From a virus (lineage: Duplodnaviria; Caudoviricetes): DNA of 52,408 nt. Below, piece after piece: positions 41,409-51,062 of this stretch; positions within the stretch are counted from its first letter, which is position 1, and each line of letters opens with the position of its first letter. A program made the position numbers and the translations under genes. The stretch spans positions 1 to 52,408 of IMG/VR virus record IMGVR_UViG_3300024259_001058; one strand, written 5' to 3'. Under the pieces are notes generated by a model, which worked only from the letters and a program-made list of their open reading frames with translations, had not been told where the DNA came from and made no database searches.

Positions 41409-42458
41409 TTAGTCGCTGAATCCCGTCACTTCCGCCCATTTCGCCTGTCGCAACGAATCCTGCTGTGGCTTGCTCAGCCCAGCGAAGTCTTCCTCGCCCA
41501 GAGGAGCTACGTTGTCCAAGGTATCGGACACAGTGCGCGTCCGCCCGGTGCTTCGGCTGCCGGAGGAGACTGCCTCTTCCGCCTGCTGAGCATCCTGCCT
41601 TGTGGCTATACGAGAGCGTACTCTCCGCGAACGAGCCGTGGAGAGCATGTCTGCGTAAGCGTCCACATTGCCCTGATGCCGCAAGACTACGGCCGTCTCG
41701 GCCTCCTGCGTGGTCATGTGCTCCTGGGTGACAAGTTGGTCCCTAAGAGCAAATGCCGCCTGCCGCACCGCAGCGTTCTGCTGCGCTTGCGTGTCCTGTT
41801 GCTTGGCTACCTCCTGGGCAGCGACCCGTTCTCGAAGGACTTTCAACTCAGCGGCGATGGCCGGGTCACTGTGCGGTTGTACCGTTGGGGACGCGGTTGG
41901 GGTAGCTTGCGCATTGTCATACAGATCATCGTCGTAGTACCCCGAGCCGTTGTTGGCAGCGGGCTGTTGGGCCTGCGCCTGCGGCTGAGGGTTAGAGACG
42001 GTGTGCTGTAACGCAGCTACCTGCGTCCTCAATGACTCGATCTCCTGCCGGTCATGAGCGGCTCTCCGGTCTGCAAAGGACTGGAGTTCCGAATAGTCCG
42101 TGGTCGCTTGGGCAGTCTCTTGCTGTGACTGCTCGACTTGTGCGTTGCTGTCGGCTAACGCCGAGACGTAGGAGGCCATCCGATCTTCGGCGGCCTTCTG
42201 CTCCTCGGACGTGTAGGCGTTTGCAGGTTCATGGTCGACGTTGGCGGTATCCGCCGTTTCGACTGTACCTTCCGACTCTCCCGCGTCCGTGCTTTCTTCG
42301 GCTTCCGTAGGCGCTGCCTCGTCAACAACCTCCGAGAGGGGTAGATCGTTGTCGAAGTCGGACCCTACGGCGGCCTCCAGCCGGTCGGCGGGCTCCGAGC
42401 CCTGGGGCTCGGGGGAGTCAGGTTGGCCCTGGTCGTCCAGGCGCTTACTCTCCCTCAT
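41409..42458 (-). CDS. Capsid scaffolding protein
   Basis: Acidic disordered N-terminus plus coiled coils; between portal and MCP. Confidence 0.7.
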   Translation of the reverse strand: MRESKRLDDQGQPDSPEPQGSEPADRLEAAVGSDFDNDLPLSEVVDEAAPTEAEESTDAGESEGTVETADTANVDHEPANAYTSEEQKAAEDRMASYVSALADSNAQVEQSQQETAQATTDYSELQSFADRRAAHDRQEIESLRTQVAALQHTVSNPQPQAQAQQPAANNGSGYYDDDLYDNAQATPTASPTVQPHSDPAIAAELKVLRERVAAQEVAKQQDTQAQQNAAVRQAAFALRDQLVTQEHMTTQEAETAVVLRHQGNVDAYADMLSTARSRRVRSRIATRQDAQQAEEAVSSGSRSTGRTRTVSDTLDNVAPLGEEDFAGLSKPQQDSLRQAKWAEVTGFSD

Positions 42459-42506
42459 GTCGTTCCTTCCCGTGTCTTCACGGGCTGCGCGCAGCTACCT
42501 GCTAAG

Positions 42507-44570
42507 CTACGCGAATTGAGGCTGCCCCTGGGGTCCTCCCGGGGGCGGTGCCTGCACTGGTGGTATACCAGCACTTTCTGGGGGAAGCAAGCCCGACTGT
42601 TCCTGACCCGGCGGTAACGCCGGTTGCTCGCCACCCGGTAACTGTTGCTGAGGCGCGGGCTGCGGCTGCTCCAACTGCGCAATCGCTTGGTCCAGCTGCA
42701 ACTCTTGGAAGCGGTTGTTCTTGATCTCCAACCGCCGCCGCATCTCCAACGCCTCTCGGAACTCTTCCTCGATCTCAAGGTCAGCCGTATTCACAAAGCC
42801 CAAAGCATCCACCGCACCGACGTTCATCAACTCGATAGCCCGCTGGAACTTCTCGTCAGGCGTCGTAGCTTCGTCCGCACGGGAGCGAATACGCGCGTCG
42901 CCTTTGAGCCGACGGATACGCTCATCGAACTGCAACCACTCTCCGTCGGCCATGTGGTCCAAGAACTCTTCCAGCGTGTGGAACTGCTGGACGTTCCCGA
43001 CTTCCTGCTTGAAGCGCGAGTGCAGGCCCTGGTCGGAGTTGCGGAGCTTCTGCCGCATACGCTTGAACGCCGCGTCCTGCAACTGCTGGATGTGCCTGCC
43101 GGAAGCGTGCGAGCCGGGGGACTCGCCTTCTAGCGCGGGGTTGATGTTCGTCTGCTGCTCTACGTTGTCTTCGAGCATCCCGATCAGGTTGTAGAAGTCC
43201 TGCGATACACGCATCGGCTCAAGCCGCTGGATGCGGTCTATCATCCCACGCGGCACCTCGATAGCCAACCCCGGCTTGTTGGTCAGCCACTCGGTCTTCA
43301 ACGCGCCCTCTTCGTAGAGCCACTGCGGGTTCCCGGTGAGCGCCGCGCCCTGCATCAGGAACGACCACAGCACGTTGATGGCCTGCTGATTCCCCTTCAT
43401 CGGGGTGATGTCGCCGAATCCATAAGGGTCGCGCGGGTTGCCGTAATTCCGATACAACGCGAACGGAATCATCCCGTGGCCGCCTACCTCATCGCCCTCC
43501 TCGGACTTCCGAGCGTAGGGGTTGGCAACGTCGTGGAGGACATCCTCACCTGCGAACGTGATGACACGGCCGTCGGGATATTTCCGGGTAGCCACGTCAC
43601 CGTGCTCGTGGCCGAAGATCGTCTCCTCGTGGAACCACAAGTGGTACACGTCGACCATAATGCGTTTCAGGTCGGACGATTCTAGGTCCGTGTCTCGGAA
43701 GATTTCACCGTAGTTGACCCGCCGGAACAAGCCGCCCTTGTCGTGCAGCTTCATTTCCTCATGGCGGCCGCCCTTCTCGACAATCTTGGCTACCTGCTGC
43801 GCCGACAGACCGTAGCGCCAGCGCATGTCGTCCGCGTCCATCCGCGTGCGGAAGACTACGTACTTCGCTGTCTCCAGCCTGCGGTCGGAGCACTTCGGGT
43901 CGATAAGGAAGTCGCGTGGGTCCACCTGCGTAACGCCGGGGCGGTTGCGCTTACGGTCCCAGAACGTCTTCTCGACACCGAGGCCACCCACGGTCATGTC
44001 CGTGTAGATGCCCTCCATGCGGGTATGCTCACTGCGGCGCTCATACTCGGCATGAATCATGTTGGTGAGGTCGGTCGCCAGATCGTTGTCGGTCTTCTGC
44101 CCTGGGGAGGTGGGCATCGGCGGAAGGCCGTGCTTCGCCAGGAACTTGTTGGCCTCGTCCCCACCGTCGGGGTTATCGGCTGCCCAGTACGGCGTCGAGC
44201 GCATGTCCATCATCAGCGAGACGATGGCTTCGACCATGCCGAACGTGATGTTCCGGTTCATGCGGTAGCGCCACGATGGCGCTTCGCTCCGGGTGCCGTC
44301 CTCGTTAATCCACTGGTCGCCCTCGAAGAGTGAGTACGACTCATCGAACTGGCGAACGAACCGCTGCCGGTCCTCACCGTTGAGCGCCTGGTCGATGGCT
44401 GCACGGCCAACTCTCGATAGCCGCTTAGGCGACGTTATGCGCCCGAGGTTGCTAATGTCGTTTTCCAAGCTGAACTTGGACGACTTGACACTCGCAATCC
44501 GACGACCCGAGGAAGCATCCTTCCGGGCCTTCGGCTCTCGATTACTGACCGTGCGTGCCTGGTTAGCCAC
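42507..44570 (-). CDS. Portal protein (P22-like)
   Basis: FEGDQW, VDPRDFLIDP, IPF..Y...PYGFG...MK..Q..IN, SG..I..LQ..A motifs; Q/P-rich tail; downstream of TerL. Confidence 0.88.
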   Translation of the reverse strand: MANQARTVSNREPKARKDASSGRRIASVKSSKFSLENDISNLGRITSPKRLSRVGRAAIDQALNGEDRQRFVRQFDESYSLFEGDQWINEDGTRSEAPSWRYRMNRNITFGMVEAIVSLMMDMRSTPYWAADNPDGGDEANKFLAKHGLPPMPTSPGQKTDNDLATDLTNMIHAEYERRSEHTRMEGIYTDMTVGGLGVEKTFWDRKRNRPGVTQVDPRDFLIDPKCSDRRLETAKYVVFRTRMDADDMRWRYGLSAQQVAKIVEKGGRHEEMKLHDKGGLFRRVNYGEIFRDTDLESSDLKRIMVDVYHLWFHEETIFGHEHGDVATRKYPDGRVITFAGEDVLHDVANPYARKSEEGDEVGGHGMIPFALYRNYGNPRDPYGFGDITPMKGNQQAINVLWSFLMQGAALTGNPQWLYEEGALKTEWLTNKPGLAIEVPRGMIDRIQRLEPMRVSQDFYNLIGMLEDNVEQQTNINPALEGESPGSHASGRHIQQLQDAAFKRMRQKLRNSDQGLHSRFKQEVGNVQQFHTLEEFLDHMADGEWLQFDERIRRLKGDARIRSRADEATTPDEKFQRAIELMNVGAVDALGFVNTADLEIEEEFREALEMRRRLEIKNNRFQELQLDQAIAQLEQPQPAPQQQLPGGEQPALPPGQEQSGLLPPESAGIPPVQAPPPGGPQGQPQFA

Positions 44571-45237
44571 TCACGCTGACTCCCTCGAAGTGGGTTGCGA
44601 GCCACGGGAGTACATCCGGCGTGTCGCCGATGTAACGGTTGCGGTTGGTGCGCGGGTCCGGCTCCAACTCAAACGGCCAGTCGTCGGCCTTCTTGAGCTT
44701 GCGGCTGCTTACGCGGTTCTGGAACGCGGCGTGCTCCATACCGAGCATGGCAGAGGCGTCTCGGAGCGTCATCTCCTCGGGGACCTCATCCTCATCATCG
44801 ACCTCATCGTCCGTGGGACGGACCTCCCGCTGCGTGCCGCCATTCTCCTGCGCCAGCAGCATAGCAGCCAGCTGCTCCTCAGCGGAGCGCGGGTCTTCTG
44901 CGATACGCGCCATCATTTCCTGCTGCTTGAGCATCTTCTGCCGCGTTGCTTCTGCCTTGGCAGCTACCTTCGCCTGGAACTCCTCGGACTGGGGGCCAGC
45001 CTCGGCTTCTACCTTGGCCAGCGCCGGAAGCTCCTCGCCGTCGGCAATCTCGCGCTCCATCCAGAACTCGTAGTGCATCCCCGCACGCTGGCCTACGACC
45101 TCGGACACGTGGGCGATACGAAAGCCACTGCGAGATAGCTGGTTGACCTTCGCTGCCTGTTCCGCCGCTGCGCCGCGAAGGGCCTTGTCACCGGGGAGTT
45201 TGGGGATGAGAAGCCGCCGGACTTCATAGGCTGGCAT
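44563..45237 (-). CDS. Hypothetical protein with C-terminal HTH-like segment
   Basis: ATG 45237 coupled (TAATG) with GAGGAGG RBS; MTLRDASAMLGMEHAAFQNRV. Confidence 0.65.
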   Translation of the reverse strand: MPAYEVRRLLIPKLPGDKALRGAAAEQAAKVNQLSRSGFRIAHVSEVVGQRAGMHYEFWMEREIADGEELPALAKVEAEAGPQSEEFQAKVAAKAEATRQKMLKQQEMMARIAEDPRSAEEQLAAMLLAQENGGTQREVRPTDDEVDDEDEVPEEMTLRDASAMLGMEHAAFQNRVSSRKLKKADDWPFELEPDPRTNRNRYIGDTPDVLPWLATHFEGVSVSG

Positions 45238-45527
45238 TACGCGGCCTCCTCGTCCTGCGCCATGCGCTCCGCTAGCTGCTCGCGCTGCCACGCCTTGGCC
45301 GGTTCGTTGTTGAAGTTAACCCACGCCTTGACGTGCTCAGACCCGGCGATGAGACGCCGCGCTGACACCTTCCACTCGAACACCTCGCCTGCGGGAAGCG
45401 GTGCCTCGGGGCGCTCAGGATGGCAGACGATGGTATCGCCACGCGCAGGCAAACAGGGCAGTTCTGCGTTAGCCAGCAGCACCTGCCCGTGGTTCTTCAA
45501 GTCGATCACCAGTTGGACTCTTACCAT
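45237..45527 (-). CDS. Hypothetical protein
   Basis: 96-aa coupled ORF. Confidence 0.65.
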   Translation of the reverse strand: MVRVQLVIDLKNHGQVLLANAELPCLPARGDTIVCHPERPEAPLPAGEVFEWKVSARRLIAGSEHVKAWVNFNNEPAKAWQREQLAERMAQDEEAA

Positions 45528-45793
45528 GCCGGTAGCTCCGGTTCCTGGCCCCCCCTGGCCACTTCCGCTAGGTCTGCCTGCTCCAGCCTGTACGCTTCTG
45601 CATCACTCAAGGCCGACGCCATCTCCGTTGGACTCTCCGGCATCTCGACCTCAATGGTGAAATACCCAAGCTGCCGTGTCAAGTCGTCATGCCGCGCTGC
45701 CGCCTTCTCGTCCAGCCAGCCGCTCTCTCGGGCGGCCTGCAAGTCCATCCACTCCGGCAAGATGTCCGCGAGTGACACGGTGTAGCTGGCCAT
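45521..45793 (-). CDS. Hypothetical acidic protein
   Basis: ATG 45793 just after the TerL stop, GGGAG RBS. Confidence 0.65.
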   Translation of the reverse strand: MASYTVSLADILPEWMDLQAARESGWLDEKAAARHDDLTRQLGYFTIEVEMPESPTEMASALSDAEAYRLEQADLAEVARGGQEPELPAW

Positions 45794-45794
45794 G

Positions 45795-47759
45795 TCAGAC
45801 TCCCAGGTCATCGTAATTCATACCACCGCCACCGCCAGAACGCAAGTGCGGCGGGATGACCTGCGAACTCACTCGCTTGCGCTCTCGGATGTCGTGCCGT
45901 CGACGGTTCTCTGCCTCGCTGCGAGGAACGCCGAGGACACGGTGCGCCCAGTATCCGATTGCCGCTGCCAACGCCAGATCGTCGTAGAAGCCCTGCTCCG
46001 GGTCGCCGTCGCCTCGGGGCTGACCCTTCTGCGGCGCTGCCACCTTCCCGTGCCGGTCGACCGTCTGCAACGCCTGGCACTCTCGCAGAAACGTCGAGTC
46101 CGGCAACTCCACCTCACCGCTTTCCACCACCTCGCGGAGATGGTCAATCATCACGCGGCGGATGTTCGCCGTGCTGTTCAGGCCGTACCGACCATCGCTA
46201 CGCCCGAGCATCGGGAACAGATCGGACTCCAACACCAGCCGAGGATACTGCGTGTAGAACCGATGCGGGCTTAGCAGGTCGTCAATCACGCGCTGTCCAA
46301 TGCCGTTCCGTTCCACGAGGATATGAGCATCGTTGTAGTAACGCCCAAGAGCATACAACTGGTCACAGAAATCGTCACTATCGGGCTTACGCCACGAGTC
46401 CCCACGGAGCCTAGCGACGTACTCCTCCGGCAGCCGCTGCCACACGACCGCAGCGCCGTAGTCCCCGGAGTTGGGCAGGTTGTGCGACGGGTCTACCCCG
46501 ATCACGTACTCCGTGTGCGGTCGCGGTGGAGCCCACACCTGCACGAAGCCGTCACCCGGCTTGTCGACAGCATCTTCCAGCCGCTGCATCCCAGCGCCGC
46601 GTTCTTCGAGATCGAAGTCGCCGATGATCGAGGGCGGCTCTGCTCGGTTCAGGTGGAAGATAACGCGAGCGGCGTTGATGTAGTTCCCGCCCGCTCCCTG
46701 GAACGCTTCCTCGGGATTCGACGGATACTCGCGCTTGAACCAAACCTTGTCGCCCCGAGCTTCCAGCAGCTTGAAGCGACGCCACAGCATCTGCTCGGCG
46801 GTGCAGCCGTATTGCTCGACCAGTTCCGCCTCAGCGCCGAACTCGTCCTGCTCCCCCTGATGCAGGTTGCGGATGAACTCGTCACGCTGGTCCGGGTCAT
46901 CGAAGCCCATGTTCGTCGCCATCGGAGAACCGAAGTCCAACTGGTATTTCGGCTCCTCCCACCACGCCACGAAGACCGCCTCGTAGCCGCCTTTCTGGTC
47001 CACGTAAGCCTGGTCCCAGTCCTTGTGGAACTCGTTCCCGTAAGGACCTGCGGACGATTCTTTGATGATCTTCGTGAAGACTTCGTTCGGGACACAAGGG
47101 CGTAGCGAGCGCATCATCCCGCCCGCGTTCGTCACGTGAGCGAACTCGGACAGATGCAGGTCGTGAATCGTCATCGACCGGCCCGACGCGCCCACTTGGT
47201 CGCCGCCCGATTCGTTGGGCAGCATTACCTCGATGGACGATTCGAGCGGGGCCGCGAACTTGATGCTCTGAGACTTCCGGTTACCGCTCCCGAGCTTCGG
47301 TTTGAACTCCTCCGGCAGGTAGCGATAGAACCGCTCGTACATCTCGAAAAGTCGTTTGAGCGAGTCGTCCTTGTGCGCTACGACACGGCAGTTCAGCCCG
47401 TGCGTGGTGAGCGCGTCGAATATGAAATCGGCGGCCGTTTTCGTTGAGCCGCCGAACTGTCGCGCTTTGAGCAAGATAAGCCGGATGGGCAAACCAGCCG
47501 CCGTCTGGCGGTCTGCTGCCGCTTGCATCTTGATTTGGCCGACGTTTGGCCGGTAGCGGCGAAGGTCGAGCCGGTCGTCCTGAATCCACAGGATGCTCGA
47601 CATGATGACTTGTCGATGCTGCCTTAACCACGCCTGGGCGGCGTTGGCGGCGTCCGAGCCACGTGTGCTGTCGTAAAGCTGGCGGAATTGCTCCCCGATG
47701 AGCGCAAGCATCTGCTCACTCGCGGGGTAGCGGAAAGGGTCGTGTTCCTGATCGAGCAT
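45795..47759 (-). CDS. terL: Terminase large subunit
   Basis: Walker A LKARQFGGST, Walker B DLHLSEFAH, coupling motif ESSA, nuclease YVIGVDPS and DDLALA. Confidence 0.95.
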   Translation of the reverse strand: MLDQEHDPFRYPASEQMLALIGEQFRQLYDSTRGSDAANAAQAWLRQHRQVIMSSILWIQDDRLDLRRYRPNVGQIKMQAAADRQTAAGLPIRLILLKARQFGGSTKTAADFIFDALTTHGLNCRVVAHKDDSLKRLFEMYERFYRYLPEEFKPKLGSGNRKSQSIKFAAPLESSIEVMLPNESGGDQVGASGRSMTIHDLHLSEFAHVTNAGGMMRSLRPCVPNEVFTKIIKESSAGPYGNEFHKDWDQAYVDQKGGYEAVFVAWWEEPKYQLDFGSPMATNMGFDDPDQRDEFIRNLHQGEQDEFGAEAELVEQYGCTAEQMLWRRFKLLEARGDKVWFKREYPSNPEEAFQGAGGNYINAARVIFHLNRAEPPSIIGDFDLEERGAGMQRLEDAVDKPGDGFVQVWAPPRPHTEYVIGVDPSHNLPNSGDYGAAVVWQRLPEEYVARLRGDSWRKPDSDDFCDQLYALGRYYNDAHILVERNGIGQRVIDDLLSPHRFYTQYPRLVLESDLFPMLGRSDGRYGLNSTANIRRVMIDHLREVVESGEVELPDSTFLRECQALQTVDRHGKVAAPQKGQPRGDGDPEQGFYDDLALAAAIGYWAHRVLGVPRSEAENRRRHDIRERKRVSSQVIPPHLRSGGGGGMNYDDLGV

Positions 47760-47790
47760 AGAATCCCCGACAGAATCAGCTTACGCCAGG

Positions 47791-47820
47791 AGTCTAATTC
47801 GTGAGGGATGGGCGTGTCAA
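47791..47820 (-). promoter_or_regulatory. sigma70-like promoter of the morphogenesis operon
   Basis: TTGACA (47815-47820)-N18-TAGACT (47791-47796) on the - strand, upstream of terL. Confidence 0.7.
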
Positions 47821-47838
47821 GATTTTGTTTCGGGCGTG

Positions 47839-47874
47839 AAAACGGGCCGCCCCGACTACGTGAGAGGCGGCCCG
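47839..47874 (-). terminator. Intrinsic terminator of the replication operon
   Basis: CGGGCCGCC/GGCGGCCCG stem followed by TTTT on the - strand. Confidence 0.65.
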
Positions 47875-48057
47875 CCTGTGTACTTTCCCGTCGAGCGATT
47901 GCCCGTTCACTGGCCCCTCTCACAGCCACGGGCAAGGCTGCTGTCCGAAGGATGGCGGGTTGCCGGTGGTCGCTTTCGCGCCCGCCAAGTTGGTGAGGGC
48001 CTGGGCTCAGGCAAAACCGAACTGTACCCACCACAGGACAGTCAGGCCCTCGCAAGA

Positions 48058-48405
48058 TCAGTGCACGCCGCCGGAAGCCCGCGTGAGTTCGCCGACGATG
48101 TTGGGCTTCCCTACCTCGCCCGTCTCCGCGTCGAACAGCGCCAGCTGCGGGATGCGCCCGGCGGCGGCGTGAGCGAACACGCCACGGCACGCGTCCAACG
48201 CGGCTTCGACCTCACGTGGGTCCACATCGGAATCCCTGTCGCTGGCGAGAACCGCCGTGAGCGTCAGCTTGCCCTTGCCGAGCTTAACCTCAGCGCCCCA
48301 CTTCGTCCGCATCTCGTGGACCACCGATTCGATTACCGTGCCGTCGCTCACGTCGCTCACGTCGAACGTCGCGCTCACCGTCGCCTTGTGCGAAATCGGT
48401 TCCAT
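48058..48405 (-). CDS. Hypothetical protein
   Basis: 115-aa ORF following the upstream stop by 1 bp. Confidence 0.7.
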   Translation of the reverse strand: MEPISHKATVSATFDVSDVSDGTVIESVVHEMRTKWGAEVKLGKGKLTLTAVLASDRDSDVDPREVEAALDACRGVFAHAAAGRIPQLALFDAETGEVGKPNIVGELTRASGGVH

Positions 48406-48406
48406 G

Positions 48407-48637
48407 CTAGCCCTTTCGGAGTGGCCCTGCTGCGCGCCCTAAGTGCGCTGGGAGGAGTCCATTCAACGCCGCAACTGCGCTAGCCCTGATCTTAACCTCG
48501 TCCTGCGGGCGCTTGTGCTTCCGACGCTTCGCCCAATGCCAGGCGTGAGTGAAAGTGATGAAGTCGATATACACGCCCGGGACGTTCTCGACATGCCAGC
48601 TTCCGTCCGGGGCTTGAAACACGACTACTCGCGCCAT
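48407..48637 (-). CDS. Hypothetical protein
   Basis: 76-aa ORF directly after the helicase stop. Confidence 0.55.
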   Translation of the reverse strand: MARVVVFQAPDGSWHVENVPGVYIDFITFTHAWHWAKRRKHKRPQDEVKIRASAVAALNGLLPAHLGRAAGPLRKG

Positions 48638-48638
48638 G

Positions 48639-49940
48639 CTAGTCCCACCTCATCACGTTGGGGCGGAAGGTCATCTCGACCGCGCCGACCTCGCCCTGCC
48701 TGTTCTTCCGCACGTGGACGGTCATGTCCCGTTCGCCGTAGCCGTCGTCATCGTCCAGGCTAGGCTTCTCAATCATCACCACCACGTCGGCGTCCTGCTC
48801 GATGCTACCAGAGTCCCGCAAGTGCGACAACTCCGGCTTTCCGCTGGCGCTCGCTTGCCGATTCAACTGCGACACGCCCATCACCGTGGTATGCAACAAG
48901 CCTGCCAATTGCTTCAACCTGACCGAGTATTTCGCCACCTCCTCGTTTCGGCTCTCGCTCGTGTCGGCGCGCATGTATTGCAGGTAGTCGAGCACCACCA
49001 CCCCGAGCTTCCCGTAGCGGTTGTGATAAAGCCGCGCCGTGTTCATCGCCTCGTCAATCGTCATCATCGGGGAGTGAATCACGTGGAACGGCTGTGCCTC
49101 AATCTCAGATGCCACGCCCGCGACGCCATCCCAGTGCGACTGAACCATCGTCTCGGGGTTCGTGATCTTGCTCAGCGACACGCCGGAGAGCATCGCCGTC
49201 ACACGCTGGGCGACCTGCTCCTCGGTCATCTCCAAGCTCAGGTACACCACCGGGAGCTTTTCCTCCCAGCACGACTTCCATGCCAGGTTCATCGCCAGCG
49301 CGGACTTCCCAACACTGGTTTCGCCCGCCACAACCACGAGGTCCCCCGGATGGAACGCCGGGACTTTCTTGGCCAACGACTCGGGCTTAACCGGGACCCG
49401 CTCGGATAGCTCCGGGTTCTGCATCCGCTCGTACATCGCGGAGTAGTGCGCTTCCAAGCGGCTGTCATGGCCACCGCCCGTCTCGGTCGCCTCAGCGATG
49501 CCGTCGTTGAGCAAACCCAGCAGGTAGTCCAACGGCCTGCCTGACCCTGCGTCAGCGGCGGCAGCTAAGCCAACCTGCTGGAGTCCCCGAACACGCGCGG
49601 CGTCCCGAACCACCTCTGCGTAATACTGCGCGTTCGCTGCGCTCGGGACACTCTCCCGAATTGAGAGCAGGTAGTCAGGCCCACCGACGCGGCCCAAGTC
49701 CCCCGCCGCCCGAAGCTCTGATGCGAGCGTGTAGACATCCACCGGCGTAGTCTTGTCCGAGAGCCGCAGGACTGCGCCGTAGATCAGCTGATTCGCCTGC
49801 GCGTGGAACGCCCCGACGCGCTCCCCCAACGTCAGGATTGTCTCGGGAATGCTGGTTTCCTTGTGCAGCATTGCGCCGAGGACATGCCGCTCCGCGTCGA
49901 TGTCGTACAGTTCCTTCGAGGTCCCCGCCTCAACCTGCAT
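48639..49940 (-). CDS. dnaB: Replicative DNA helicase, DnaB family
   Basis: N-terminal AERHVLGAML, Walker A AGETSVGKS, SLEM, VVLDYLQYM, SQLNR, LRDSGSIEQDAD, KNRQG; start 49940 after CAGGAG. Confidence 0.95.
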   Translation of the reverse strand: MQVEAGTSKELYDIDAERHVLGAMLHKETSIPETILTLGERVGAFHAQANQLIYGAVLRLSDKTTPVDVYTLASELRAAGDLGRVGGPDYLLSIRESVPSAANAQYYAEVVRDAARVRGLQQVGLAAAADAGSGRPLDYLLGLLNDGIAEATETGGGHDSRLEAHYSAMYERMQNPELSERVPVKPESLAKKVPAFHPGDLVVVAGETSVGKSALAMNLAWKSCWEEKLPVVYLSLEMTEEQVAQRVTAMLSGVSLSKITNPETMVQSHWDGVAGVASEIEAQPFHVIHSPMMTIDEAMNTARLYHNRYGKLGVVVLDYLQYMRADTSESRNEEVAKYSVRLKQLAGLLHTTVMGVSQLNRQASASGKPELSHLRDSGSIEQDADVVVMIEKPSLDDDDGYGERDMTVHVRKNRQGEVGAVEMTFRPNVMRWD

Positions 49941-50931
49941 GTGCCGTCTCCTGCTTCCGCAAGTAACTCTTCCGCGCCCGACCAATCTCGTAAGCCACGT
50001 CCGACATCTCCGGGGTCCTCGGCCAGCGTTTCACCAACGCGGCCTGCAACTCCCCCGCCCGCCCATCGTCGTACATCTCGACCTCATCACGCTGCTTGAT
50101 ATAGGCCCACACGTCCTTCATCGTCGGGGGGCCAGCTGTCCCGAGGGCGTCGATCACGGCGCGCATCCCGCCGCCATTCGCTCGCTCGGAAACCATTCGT
50201 GACAACACACGGGCCGCATGGCCCGGGGCGGACCCAATCTCAGCCCAACCCCCCTCCTTGGCCACCGCCTTCTCTTGCTCCACGCGAAAGTCGGAGAAGG
50301 TAACCCCGGCTTCGACACAAGCGCGAAGGGCATCCCCAAACTTCGGGTTGCGGTCAAAGCGGTGCAGCGGGGTCTTCGATTCGAGCGTGAGGTAGTTCAC
50401 GACACTTTCCGATAATCCACTCCGGCGCGCGCGTATGTGCTCGCGCGCGCGCGCGTCCGTGGGTGGGGAAGAACCGTTAGGTTCTATAGGGGCAACTGTA
50501 TCTGACTCATCTGCTGACACATCCGCCTTATGTGTCAGTTGTATCTGACTCATCCCTGTCGATGTGTCAGTTGTATCTGACCGATTGGGGGCATATGCGT
50601 CAGGTGTATCTGACACATCGGTGCAGAGTAGGACTTCCAGATTGACAAGATAGGTGGGCGCGATGGCCTTGGAGCCGGGCGTAATTGATACCAGTTTGGT
50701 TGCAGATAGCGCACGTTTTACGTTGTCAAGTCCCTGCCTTGACTGGAGCCTGAGCCAGCCCATGGCCTCCGTGTTAGGGATGCTCAGGGGTACTTCCCAG
50801 CCCAACTCGTCTGCCTTCCTGAGCAGCTTCACGAACAGGTACCTGGCGGCCACCGGAAGACCGTCTTCCCACCGCTTCTCAAACTCCCGTAACGCATCGA
50901 AAAACGTAGTGGCGGAGTGTGAGCGTGTCAC
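49930..50931 (-). CDS. Replication initiator protein (N-terminal winged helix, lambda O/DnaD-like architecture)
   Basis: Upstream of dnaB; wHTH-like N-terminus (ARYLFVKLL...L..VKRALSATKLVSITPG), low-complexity linker carrying iterons. Confidence 0.7.
   Translation of the reverse strand: MTRSHSATTFFDALREFEKRWEDGLPVAARYLFVKLLRKADELGWEVPLSIPNTEAMGWLRLQSRQGLDNVKRALSATKLVSITPGSKAIAPTYLVNLEVLLCTDVSDTPDAYAPNRSDTTDTSTGMSQIQLTHKADVSADESDTVAPIEPNGSSPPTDARAREHIRARRSGLSESVVNYLTLESKTPLHRFDRNPKFGDALRACVEAGVTFSDFRVEQEKAVAKEGGWAEIGSAPGHAARVLSRMVSERANGGGMRAVIDALGTAGPPTMKDVWAYIKQRDEVEMYDDGRAGELQAALVKRWPRTPEMSDVAYEIGRARKSYLRKQETAHAG
50497..50618. repeat. Palindromic iterons, probable replication origin
   Basis: ATGTGTCAG-N6-CTGAC(A/T)CAT at 50530, 50562 and 50595 plus half sites at 50497-50522. 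Confidence 0.75.
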
Positions 50932-51020
50932 CGGGCAAGCTCCCGCTGGCTATGGAAGGTCGAGTGGCAGGGCTTGCAGAGCGCAATTCGCCCAGCAGGG
51001 GTTAGTTCTTCGTCGCTCAT
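50928..51020 (-). CDS. 30-aa leader ORF with LCxxCH motif
   Basis: GGAG RBS, MSDEELTPAGRIALCKPCHSTFHSQRELAR*, stop overlaps the initiator GTG (GTGA). Confidence 0.5.
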   Translation of the reverse strand: MSDEELTPAGRIALCKPCHSTFHSQRELAR

Positions 51021-51062
51021 GGTAGGCTCCAAAGCGTCGGTTAGGGGTGTTGACTTGTGCCC

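Noticed and set aside
41301-41411. Stop-codon read-through fusing scaffold to capsid, or an HDV/theta ribozyme
   Set aside because: The two genes are out of frame, and the P3/L3 catalytic element of HDV-like ribozymes is absent.
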